DNA of 64,000 nt from Candidatus Sericytochromatia bacterium (GTDB taxonomy: Bacteria; Cyanobacteriota; Sericytochromatia; S15B-MN24; UBA4093), in assembly GCA_036676455.1 (NCBI GenBank), contig JAKFCW010000021.1, positions 21,367 through 85,366 of the forward strand. Reading direction: 5' to 3'. The notes under the pieces were generated by a model. The model worked only from the letters and a program-made list of their open reading frames with translations, ran no database searches and had not been told where the DNA came from. Below are positions 56,263-64,000 of the stretch, piece by piece; position 1 is the first letter of the stretch, and every line of letters starts with the position of its first letter. The position numbers and the translations under genes were made by a program.

Positions 56263-58259
56263 AGCGGGACCAGTTCAAATACTTCCGGATCGAGGCCCGG
56301 GAGCTGGTCGACGGCATGACCCAGCTGCTGCTGGAGATCGAGCGTTCCGGCCCCGCGGAGGGGCGCGTATCGACGCTGTTGCGGCTGGCGCATACCCTCA
56401 AGGGGGCCGCGCGCGTGGTCGGGCTGGGGGCGATCGCCGAGGACGCCCACGCCATCGAAGACCTGCTCGAACCTTTCCGCGGCGGGACCGTTCCTCTCGA
56501 CCAGGATGCCATCGAGAAGGTCCTCTTCCGGCTGGACGCTATCAGCGCCGGGGTCGCGGGCGTCTCGGCCCCCGGCAGCAGGCCTGCCAGCTCAACTGAC
56601 AGCCCTGCTGTCGGAGAGGCCTTCGAGACCGTCCGGGTCGAGCTTGGCGCGCTCGACGACCTGCAAGAAGGCCTCATCGAGTCCGGCATCCAGCTGGATG
56701 GCTTGCGCCGCCACGTCAGCACGATCGCTCGCCTGCGCTCTCAACTGGACTCCCTCGGAGAGCTTGCGGCCCATCCCGCCGTGCAAGACCTGGAGGTCTC
56801 GCTCGTTGCGCTGAGACAAGCGCTCGACGACGGGCTCGAACGAACTGCGGCCGCTCTGGGGGACAGCCGCGAGAAGGCCAATGCCTTGCGGCTCGTGCCA
56901 GCGAGCCGCGTTTTCTCCCAGCTGGAGCGCGCCGTCCGCGATGCCGCCGAATCGCTGGGCAAGCGCGTCGCCTTCGAGACCCTCGGCGGCAGCGCCCGCC
57001 TGGAGGGCCATGTCCTCCAGCCGATGCGCGACGCCCTCCTGCACATGGTGCGCAATGCCGTCGACCACGGCATCGAGCCCGAAGCCGAGCGCTTGGTGAA
57101 CGGAAAGCCCGCCGAAGGCCAGGTCCATGTATCCCTCGTGCGGAAGGGAAGCCGTCTCGTCTTCACCTGCGTGGACGATGGGCGCGGCATCGACCTGGAA
57201 GCGGTTCGCCAAGCCGCCTTGCAGCGCGGCGAGATCGGAGCGGCCGACGCGCTCAGCCATGACGCCCTCATCCAGCTGATCCTGCGCGCCGGCGTGAGCA
57301 CCACGTCCGCGGTCACCCCCTTCTCGGGGCGCGGCATCGGCCTCGACGTCGTCCGAGAGACCGTCGCCAAGCTCGATGGGGAACTGACCATCCAGAGCAG
57401 CCCCGGCCAGGGAACGACCCTTTCGATCAGCGTGCCCCTTTCCCTCTCGTCCATCCCCACGCTGGTGGTGCAGGCGGGAGAGAGCGCCGCCGCCATTCCC
57501 CTGAGCGCCGTCCGCCAGGCCCTGCGGATCGACGCGAGCGAGATCTCGCTGACGGCCCGCGGGGCCACCGTACTCCACGACGGCGTCGAACTGCCTTTCC
57601 GAGCGCTCTGCGAGATCGTGAATCAGCCCGCGGCTTTCGAACCCAGTTCCTGGAGCGTGATCGTCGTCGAGGCCCAATCGACCCGCGCCGCGTTCGGCGT
57701 GGACCGCATCATCGGCGTAGCGGAGGTGGTGCTGAGGCCCCTTCCCGCTGCCGCCGGCGCGATCCCGCTGGTGGCGGGGGCCAGCTTCGACGCGGAGGGC
57801 CACCCGCAGCCGATTCTCGACCCCCGAAGCCTGGTCAATGCTGCCCGCATGCAGCCGAGCCCCCCGAAGCCCACCCGTCGCAAGCCGAAGGTGCTGGTGA
57901 TTGACGACTCGCTCACGACCCGGATGCTGGAGCAGAGCATCCTGGAGTCCGCGGGCTACGCGGTCGAGTTGGCCACCAACGCCGAGGAGGGCCTAGCGAT
58001 GGCCCAAGCACAGGCCTACGACCTCTTCCTGGTGGACGTCGAGATGCCCAGGATGGACGGCTTCGCGTTCCTGGGGCGCGTCCGGGCCGATGCCAAGCTG
58101 AGCCGGGTCCCCGCCGTCATGGTAACGAGCCGCAACGCACCGGAGGATCGCCTACGCGGCCTGGAGGCGGGCGCCCGGGCCTACCTCGTGAAGTCCGAGT
58201 TCCACCAGGGGCGCTTCCTGAGGACCATCGAATCGCTGCTGAGGGAGGCTCATGACTAA
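56259..58259 (+). CDS. cheA: CheA-REC hybrid chemosensory histidine kinase
   Basis: HPt motif [16 protein letters not shown]. Kinase boxes [18 protein letters not shown] and [10 protein letters not shown] CheW-like P5 domain is followed by a C-terminal REC ([12 protein letters not shown] ... [14 protein letters not shown] ... LVKSEF). Confidence 0.9.
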   Translation: MKRDQFKYFRIEARELVDGMTQLLLEIERSGPAEGRVSTLLRLAHTLKGAARVVGLGAIAEDAHAIEDLLEPFRGGTVPLDQDAIEKVLFRLDAISAGVAGVSAPGSRPASSTDSPAVGEAFETVRVELGALDDLQEGLIESGIQLDGLRRHVSTIARLRSQLDSLGELAAHPAVQDLEVSLVALRQALDDGLERTAAALGDSREKANALRLVPASRVFSQLERAVRDAAESLGKRVAFETLGGSARLEGHVLQPMRDALLHMVRNAVDHGIEPEAERLVNGKPAEGQVHVSLVRKGSRLVFTCVDDGRGIDLEAVRQAALQRGEIGAADALSHDALIQLILRAGVSTTSAVTPFSGRGIGLDVVRETVAKLDGELTIQSSPGQGTTLSISVPLSLSSIPTLVVQAGESAAAIPLSAVRQALRIDASEISLTARGATVLHDGVELPFRALCEIVNQPAAFEPSSWSVIVVEAQSTRAAFGVDRIIGVAEVVLRPLPAAAGAIPLVAGASFDAEGHPQPILDPRSLVNAARMQPSPPKPTRRKPKVLVIDDSLTTRMLEQSILESAGYAVELATNAEEGLAMAQAQAYDLFLVDVEMPRMDGFAFLGRVRADAKLSRVPAVMVTSRNAPEDRLRGLEAGARAYLVKSEFHQGRFLRTIESLLREAHD

Positions 58260-59310
58260 GATTCGCGTGCTGGTCGTCGACGACTCGATCACCGTGCGCA
58301 AGCGGCTGATCGAGATCCTGAATCGCGACGAGAAGCTGGAAGTGGTCGGCGAGGCCGTCGACGGCCGCCAGGCCATCGAGCTCTGCGAGCGGCTGCGCCC
58401 CGACGTCGTGACCCTCGACCTGGTCATGCCCGTCCTCAACGGGCTAGCGGTCACCGAGCACCTCATGGCCTACTGCCCGACACCCATCTTGATTGTCTCC
58501 GCCGCCACGAACCGCGGGGAACACTTCGACACGTACGAGGCCTTGGCCGCCGGAGCCCTCGATGTCCTGGACAAACCGCCCGGCGCCGAAAACCGGGCCT
58601 GGGAGCAGCAGTTCATCGCCACCGTGAAGCGGGCGTCTCGCATCAAGGTGATTCCCCATCCCCGGGCGAAGCTGAGCCGCCGACGCCCCGTGAACGCGCC
58701 AGTCCTTCCGGTCGAGCCGGCAGGCCCATCCACGGGCCCTCACGAGCTCGTGGTGATCGGGGCGTCGACCGGAGGCCCCTCGGCCATCCGCGAGATCCTC
58801 GCAGGCCTGCCTCCAAACTTCCCGCTGCCGATCCTGATCGTCCTGCATATCGGGGAATCGTTCGCCGGAACCTTCGCCGAGTGGCTCGACGGCGTCTCGC
58901 CCATCCCTGTGAGACCTGCCCGGGACGGAGAGCCCTTACCCAAGCCCGGCAGCGCGAGCGTCCTCGTGGCTGCGGCCGACCGCCACCTCGAGCTCCGGAA
59001 CGGGTGCCTGCACCTCGTTCACGGACCCGAGCGCCATGCCTGCCGGCCGTCGATCGATGCGCTCTTCGAGACGGTCGCCCGTGACGCCGGCCCCCGCGCC
59101 ATCGCGCTGCTGCTAACCGGCATGGGCAAGGACGGAGCGTCAGGCCTCAAGGATATCCGTGACGCCGGCGGCCTGACTGTGGCCCAGGATGAAGCCAGTT
59201 GCGTGGTTTTCGGCATGCCGCGCGAGGCCATCCGCCTCGGAGCGGCATCCCACGTGCTCCCCCTGGGAGAGATAGCCCCCTTCCTGCGATCCCTCGCCCG
59301 GAGGACCTGA
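58252..59310 (+). CDS. cheB: Protein-glutamate methylesterase CheB (Che-II)
   Basis: REC domain ([12 protein letters not shown] ... [14 protein letters not shown]) plus esterase motifs GASTGGP and GMGKDG. Confidence 0.9.
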   Translation: MTKIRVLVVDDSITVRKRLIEILNRDEKLEVVGEAVDGRQAIELCERLRPDVVTLDLVMPVLNGLAVTEHLMAYCPTPILIVSAATNRGEHFDTYEALAAGALDVLDKPPGAENRAWEQQFIATVKRASRIKVIPHPRAKLSRRRPVNAPVLPVEPAGPSTGPHELVVIGASTGGPSAIREILAGLPPNFPLPILIVLHIGESFAGTFAEWLDGVSPIPVRPARDGEPLPKPGSASVLVAAADRHLELRNGCLHLVHGPERHACRPSIDALFETVARDAGPRAIALLLTGMGKDGASGLKDIRDAGGLTVAQDEASCVVFGMPREAIRLGAASHVLPLGEIAPFLRSLARRT

Positions 59311-62048
59311 TGACGAAGCACATTCTCATTCTCGACGACAGCCTAACCGTACGCATGGACCTTCACGAGGCCCTCGAGGAAGCAGGCTTCCGCACCACCC
59401 TTTGCGCCACCGTCGCCGCGGCCCGCGACGCCCTGGCGACAAGCCAGCTCGACCTGCTCTTGCTGGACGTCTTGCTTCCCGACGGCGACGGCATCACCCT
59501 GCTGCATGACCTCAAGCGCCATCGCGAGACGGCGCAGCTTCCCGTCATGCTGCTCTCCTCGGAAGCCGCGGTCCAGGACCGCCTCCGGGGCATGGCCACC
59601 GGCGCCGACGACTACGTCGCAAAGCCCTACGATCGCGCTTACGTCGTCGCGCGAGCCCGCGAGCTGCTGAAGCCTCCCGCCGAGCCCCGAGATGGCCCCC
59701 TCGTCCTGGTGATCGACGACAGCCGCACGTTTCAGCATGCCCTGAGGCGCGTCCTGGAGGACGCGGGCTACACCGTCCTCCCGGCCCTGTCGGGTGAAGA
59801 GGGCCTGCGCTTGGCGGCGAGCACCCGTCCCGACGCGGCCATCATCGACGGCACGCTGCCGGGCATCGACGGCGCGACCGTACTGCGCCGCATTCGCATG
59901 GACGCCGCCCTGCGCCGCACGCCTTGCCTGCTGCTCACGGCCGCGGAAAGGCCTGAGGACGAGCTTGCCGCGCTCGAAGCGGGAGCGGATGCCTACCTGC
60001 GAAAGAGCGAGACGCTGGAGATCGTCCTGGCCCGTCTCTCGGCGCTGCTTCGCGGAGCCGGGGAGCCATTGCCCGTCGGTGCGGATCCCAGCGGCCTCGG
60101 TCCCAAGCGCATCCTGGCCGTCGACGACTCCGAGACCTACCTCCAGGACCTCGCCCGCCACCTGCGAGAGGAAGGCTATGACGTGGCCCTGGCACATTCC
60201 GGCGAGGAAGCCCTCGAGGTGCTGGCCGTGCAGGCCTTCGATGGCATCCTGCTGGACCTTTTGATGCCGGGCATGTCCGGGTCCGAGGCCTGCCGGCTTA
60301 TCAAGCAAAACCCCGCATGGCGGGAGATCCCCTTGGCCATCCTCTCGGTGTCCGACTCACCGGAGGTGATGATCGAGGGCCTCAACGCCGGCGCCGACGA
60401 CTACATCGTCAAGGACTCCGACTTCGACATCGTCAAGGGGAGGCTGCGCGCCCAGCTGCGCCGCAAGCACTTCGAGGAGGAGAACCGCCGGATCCGCGAG
60501 GAGCTGCTGCGCAAGGAGCTGCAAGCCACCGAGAGCCGGGCCGCCCGCGAGCTGGCCGAGACGCGCGCCACGCTGCTGGCGAACCTGGCGCGAAACAACG
60601 CCGAGCTGAAGAAGGCCAAGGAGCAGGCCGAGGCCGCGACGGCCGCCAAGTCGGAGTTCCTCTCCAACATGAGCCACGAGATCCGCACGCCCCTCAACGC
60701 GATCCTGGGCATGGCGGACCTCCTGGCCGAAACCGCGCTCACGCCCGAGCAAAGCCAGTACGTGCGCATCTTCCAGCGGGCGGGCGACACCCTGCTGGAG
60801 CTGGTCAACGACATCCTGGATCTCGCCAAGATCGAGGCGGGGCAGTACGAGCTCGAGCACATCCCGTTCGATCTGGCCGACCTGGTCGAGCGGACGGTCA
60901 GCCTCCACGTGGCCCGCGCCGAGGAGAAAGCGCTCGAATTGAGAGCCGAACTCACTCCCGACGTCCCCACGCGCCTGCTCGGCTCACCCCACTCGCTGGG
61001 CCAGGTGCTGAGAAATCTCCTGAGCAACGCCCTGAAGTTCACCGAGCAGGGGAGCGTGAGCCTGCGGGTCGAGACGGCCCCGGGCATGATGCTGCGCCTC
61101 ACGGTCTCGGACACGGGCATCGGCATCTCCCCCGAGAAGCGGGACCTCATCTTCGAGTCCTTCACCCAGGCGGATGCCTCCACCACCCGCAAGTTCGGGG
61201 GGACCGGACTGGGGCTCGCCATCTCGAAGCAGCTGGTCGACCGGCTGGGAGGCAGGCTCAGCGTGGAGAGCCGGCTGGGCGAAGGCAGCGACTTCCACGT
61301 CGAGTTGCCCTACGAGGTCGATCCCCATCCGGCCTCGCACGAGGCTGGCGTCGAGCCCCAGAGCGCCCAAGAGCCGGAGTCCCTGCGCATCCTGATAGCC
61401 GAAGACTCCGAGGACAACCGCCTGGTGCTCGAGGCCTACCTGAGCCAGACTCCGCATCAGGTGATCATGGAGGAGAACGGGGCGCTGGCGCTGGCGCGCT
61501 TCAAGGCCGAGCCGTTCGACCTGGTGCTCATGGACATGCAGATGCCGGAGATGGACGGCTATGCGGCGACCCGGGCCATCCGGCGCTGGGAGGAGCAGAT
61601 AGGGCGCGAGCGGACTCCGATCATCGCGCTGACGGCCTTTGCTCTCAAGCAAGAAACGGACCGCAGCCTGGAAGCAGGTTGCGACCTGCACCTCACCAAG
61701 CCGTTCAAACGGGCCCAGTTGCTGAAGGCGATCGCCGAGGTCGCGGCCCAACGGGACCCCCTCGACGAGGCCTTCGAGGAGGCCATGAAGCAGCTCGTTC
61801 CCGGCTACCTGAAGAAACGCGCCCAGGACCTGGAAATACTGCGAAATGCCCTGCGGCAAGAGGCCTTCGCCGACATCCAGGATATCGGGCACCGCATGGC
61901 GGGTTCGGGGGCGTCTTACGGCTTCGCGTCGCTGACGGAGATCGGTCGAGGCCTCGAGGCCGCCGCCCGGGACGGGGAGTCCCCGGCGATCGCCCGCCTC
62001 CTCGATGAGCTGGAGGCGGTGCTCGCCGCGGCGCAAGCGGAAAGCTAG
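59310..62048 (+). CDS. Hybrid sensor kinase: REC-REC-REC-coiled coil-HisKA-HATPase-REC-HPt
   Basis: 912 aa from [11 protein letters not shown]. There are three N-terminal REC domains ([48 protein letters not shown]). H-box [21 protein letters not shown] and G-box [14 protein letters not shown] follow. A fourth REC ([16 protein letters not shown]) precedes a C-terminal HPt-like [14 protein letters not shown]. The ATG shares 1 nt with the cheB stop. Confidence 0.88.
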   Translation: MTKHILILDDSLTVRMDLHEALEEAGFRTTLCATVAAARDALATSQLDLLLLDVLLPDGDGITLLHDLKRHRETAQLPVMLLSSEAAVQDRLRGMATGADDYVAKPYDRAYVVARARELLKPPAEPRDGPLVLVIDDSRTFQHALRRVLEDAGYTVLPALSGEEGLRLAASTRPDAAIIDGTLPGIDGATVLRRIRMDAALRRTPCLLLTAAERPEDELAALEAGADAYLRKSETLEIVLARLSALLRGAGEPLPVGADPSGLGPKRILAVDDSETYLQDLARHLREEGYDVALAHSGEEALEVLAVQAFDGILLDLLMPGMSGSEACRLIKQNPAWREIPLAILSVSDSPEVMIEGLNAGADDYIVKDSDFDIVKGRLRAQLRRKHFEEENRRIREELLRKELQATESRAARELAETRATLLANLARNNAELKKAKEQAEAATAAKSEFLSNMSHEIRTPLNAILGMADLLAETALTPEQSQYVRIFQRAGDTLLELVNDILDLAKIEAGQYELEHIPFDLADLVERTVSLHVARAEEKALELRAELTPDVPTRLLGSPHSLGQVLRNLLSNALKFTEQGSVSLRVETAPGMMLRLTVSDTGIGISPEKRDLIFESFTQADASTTRKFGGTGLGLAISKQLVDRLGGRLSVESRLGEGSDFHVELPYEVDPHPASHEAGVEPQSAQEPESLRILIAEDSEDNRLVLEAYLSQTPHQVIMEENGALALARFKAEPFDLVLMDMQMPEMDGYAATRAIRRWEEQIGRERTPIIALTAFALKQETDRSLEAGCDLHLTKPFKRAQLLKAIAEVAAQRDPLDEAFEEAMKQLVPGYLKKRAQDLEILRNALRQEAFADIQDIGHRMAGSGASYGFASLTEIGRGLEAAARDGESPAIARLLDELEAVLAAAQAES

Positions 62049-64000
62049 ACGGGCAAGGGGCCCCCGACCGGCAGCGAGAACCAGGCGGTGACGCCTTCCT
62101 CCTGGCTGAGTACGCCAAGATTCCCGCCATGGGCCTCGGCGAGCGCCCTGCTGAGCCCAAGGCCAAGGCCCAGGCCTTTCTGGCCGTTGCCGGGGCGGTC
62201 CACCGCGGTGAACAAGTCCGGAAGCTTTTCCGGCGGAATCCGGCTTCCCGAGTTGAAGACCTCGCAGAGCAGGCGATCCGCCTCGATCCGGGCGCTGATC
62301 GTGACCGTCGCCCCCTGCGGGGCGTACTGAACGGCATTGGAGACGAGGTTGAGGCCAATCTGCGCCAGGCGCCGCCGGTCGGCCATCACCCGGGGGAGAT
62401 CCGCCGCGATCCCGTCGCGCACCTGGATGCCCTTCAGGATGGCCGAGGCGGCGAGTTCGGCCACCACGTCGCGCATGATCGTCTCGAAAGCCAGGGGCTC
62501 CGGGTATAGCTCGAGCTGCCCGGAGCGCAAGAGGTTGGATTCCAGGACATTGTTGACGAGCCGCGTGAGCTCACGGCCGTTGCGGATCAGCTTCGCGACG
62601 TAGAGGCGCTGCTTCTCGGTGAGGGGCCCGAGCGCCTCGCCCTGGAACAACAGGGCCGCTCCCAGGATCACCGTGAGCGGAGAGCGGATCTCGTGGGTGA
62701 GCGTGTTGAGGTAATGATCCTTGAGCTTCTCGGAGGCTTCGAGGGTCTTGATCTGCATCTCCTGGAGCTTTTCCTTCTCGATGCGATCCGTGACCTCGCG
62801 CGCGAACGCCAAGAGCCCTTCGTGCTCGCCTTCGGGCGAGCGACACGGAATGAGGCTGTAATCCCAGTAGGTCAGCTGCTCGAGGCCATTCTGGCGCAGC
62901 GTCAGAGGGATGCCTCGCTCACGGTAGGGCTCTCCAGCGGCCATCACGGCCTCGAAACGCTCGGCGCTGTGCCCTAAGAGGGGAACATCCTCGGCCGAGA
63001 GCATGCTGACCTGCTCGGCGGAGAATCCGAATCGCGCCAGGGCCTCGGGGCTCATCCACTGACACGCGCCGTCATCGTCGAAGTAGGCGACCGCCGCGGG
63101 CACGTGGTTCAGGATGCGCCGGAACAAGCGATCGCGCGCCTGCAGGTCCTGGTCACGTTCGGCAAGCTGGCGCACCGCCTCGGCATTTCGCAAACTCAGC
63201 AGGTCGCGGGCCTCCCGGCATTCCTCGGCTTGGTGCAAGACGTCATCCAGCGCGTGCCGACTTTCGGTGACGTCTTGCACCGAGCCATGTAGCCGCAGCG
63301 CCTGCCCTTGAGTTCCCACCTCCACGGCTCCCCGCACGAGCACGATTCGTTGCTCCCCGCCCTGCTGCAGGATGCGCTGCTCGATGGAAAACGGGAGGTG
63401 ATCCTGCTGGGCCTGCTCGAGAGAGGAGCGGATGAGCTCGCGGTCCTCGGGATGAACGCAGCTCAGGTAACTCTCCAGGTGTGGCTCGAAGGCGTGCGGA
63501 TCCCGGCCGAAGACCTGGTACGTCGACTCGGACCACGTGACCGTGTCCGTGCTCAAGTCCCACTCCCAGCTCGCAAGCTTGGAAAGCGCCGTGGTCTTCG
63601 TGAGGAGGCGCTCCCGATGCGCGAGCGCCTCCGCCTCGCGCTTGCTCTCCGAGATCTCTTGAACCTGCACCACGCAGAAGCGAGGAAGCCCCTTCGATTC
63701 CCGGATGAGCGTGCTGGTGACGAGCGCCCAAGAGAGGTGGCCGCTGCGGTGAACGTAGCGTTTCTGCAACTGGTAGCTGCGAATCTCGCCTGCGACGAGG
63801 CGACGAAACTGAGCGACCGACTCGGCGAGATCGTCCGGGTAGGTGAGGTCTCCAAAGGACAATCCCAGCAGCGCTTGCTCGGGATAGCCCGTCAACTCGC
63901 AGAGGGCCCGGTTGACCCGCAGCAAGCGACCCTGGAGATCCAGCAGAGCCAGGCCGCTGGCGGAGCCGGTGAAGGTGGCTTCGAGGATGCGTTGCTGATC
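62045..64000 (-). CDS. Multi-PAS sensor histidine kinase, N-terminus beyond window
   Basis: The frame stays open to base 64000 (...[23 protein letters not shown]). Several PAS-like repeats are present. H-box [18 protein letters not shown] and ATPase boxes [11 protein letters not shown] and [18 protein letters not shown] follow. Confidence 0.85.
   Translation of the reverse strand, partial: DQQRILEATFTGSASGLALLDLQGRLLRVNRALCELTGYPEQALLGLSFGDLTYPDDLAESVAQFRRLVAGEIRSYQLQKRYVHRSGHLSWALVTSTLIRESKGLPRFCVVQVQEISESKREAEALAHRERLLTKTTALSKLASWEWDLSTDTVTWSESTYQVFGRDPHAFEPHLESYLSCVHPEDRELIRSSLEQAQQDHLPFSIEQRILQQGGEQRIVLVRGAVEVGTQGQALRLHGSVQDVTESRHALDDVLHQAEECREARDLLSLRNAEAVRQLAERDQDLQARDRLFRRILNHVPAAVAYFDDDGACQWMSPEALARFGFSAEQVSMLSAEDVPLLGHSAERFEAVMAAGEPYRERGIPLTLRQNGLEQLTYWDYSLIPCRSPEGEHEGLLAFAREVTDRIEKEKLQEMQIKTLEASEKLKDHYLNTLTHEIRSPLTVILGAALLFQGEALGPLTEKQRLYVAKLIRNGRELTRLVNNVLESNLLRSGQLELYPEPLAFETIMRDVVAELAASAILKGIQVRDGIAADLPRVMADRRRLAQIGLNLVSNAVQYAPQGATVTISARIEADRLLCEVFNSGSRIPPEKLPDLFTAVDRPGNGQKGLGLGLGLSRALAEAHGGNLGVLSQEEGVTAWFSLPVGGPLPV

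Overview
High-GC bacterial chromosomal window, densely coding on both strands. I saw no rRNA, tRNA, CRISPR array, transposase or integrase.

Layout:
- 1-11.2 kb (+): complex I block nuoE (5' truncated by the window edge)-F-G-H-I-J-K-L-M-N, ending in a hairpin terminator.
- 11.3-22.8 kb (-): an HdeD-like membrane protein, a Cache/HAMP histidine kinase, then a tightly coupled chemosensory operon (Che-I). Its order is a 631-aa protein built from ~70-residue repeats, CheX, CheY, CheA, CheR, CheR, CheB, aldo/keto reductase. It contains no CheW and no MCP.
- 23.1-28.2 kb: ergothioneine genes egtB and egtD, separated by a large NIT-like/HAMP MCP.
- 28.2-33.4 kb: SDR oxidoreductase, amylo-alpha-1,6-glucosidase-family enzyme, BON/SRPBCC membrane protein, endonuclease V.
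- 33.7-35.3 kb: tandem paralogous lipoproteins with extreme Tyr/Arg/Gly/Phe-rich tails. A third, larger relative lies at 50.6-52.0 kb.
- 35.3-38.4 kb: mnmA, a NUDIX hydrolase and an MFS transporter.
- 38.6-46.4 kb: a six-gene unit of merR, lipoprotein, OMP, TolC, MFP and RND pump.
- 46.6-50.5 kb: an unrecognised 540-aa protein, rluE-like pseudouridine synthase, a hot-dog thioesterase and a plant-type ferredoxin-NADP reductase.
- 52.3-62.0 kb (+): a second, Wsp/Che3-like chemosensory operon (Che-II): CheW, CheR-TPR, CheW, MCP, CheA-REC, CheB. It is translationally coupled to a 912-aa REC-REC-REC-HisKA-HATPase-REC-HPt hybrid kinase.
- 62.0-64.0 kb (-): a multi-PAS histidine kinase that runs off the window.

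A REP-like double-hairpin element occurs in two convergent intergenic gaps.

Most second-look-worthy: the 70-residue-repeat protein heading Che-I, the Tyr/Arg-rich lipoprotein family, and the unusual output of Che-II. All calls rest on reading the translated ORFs and the DNA by eye. No database search was possible.
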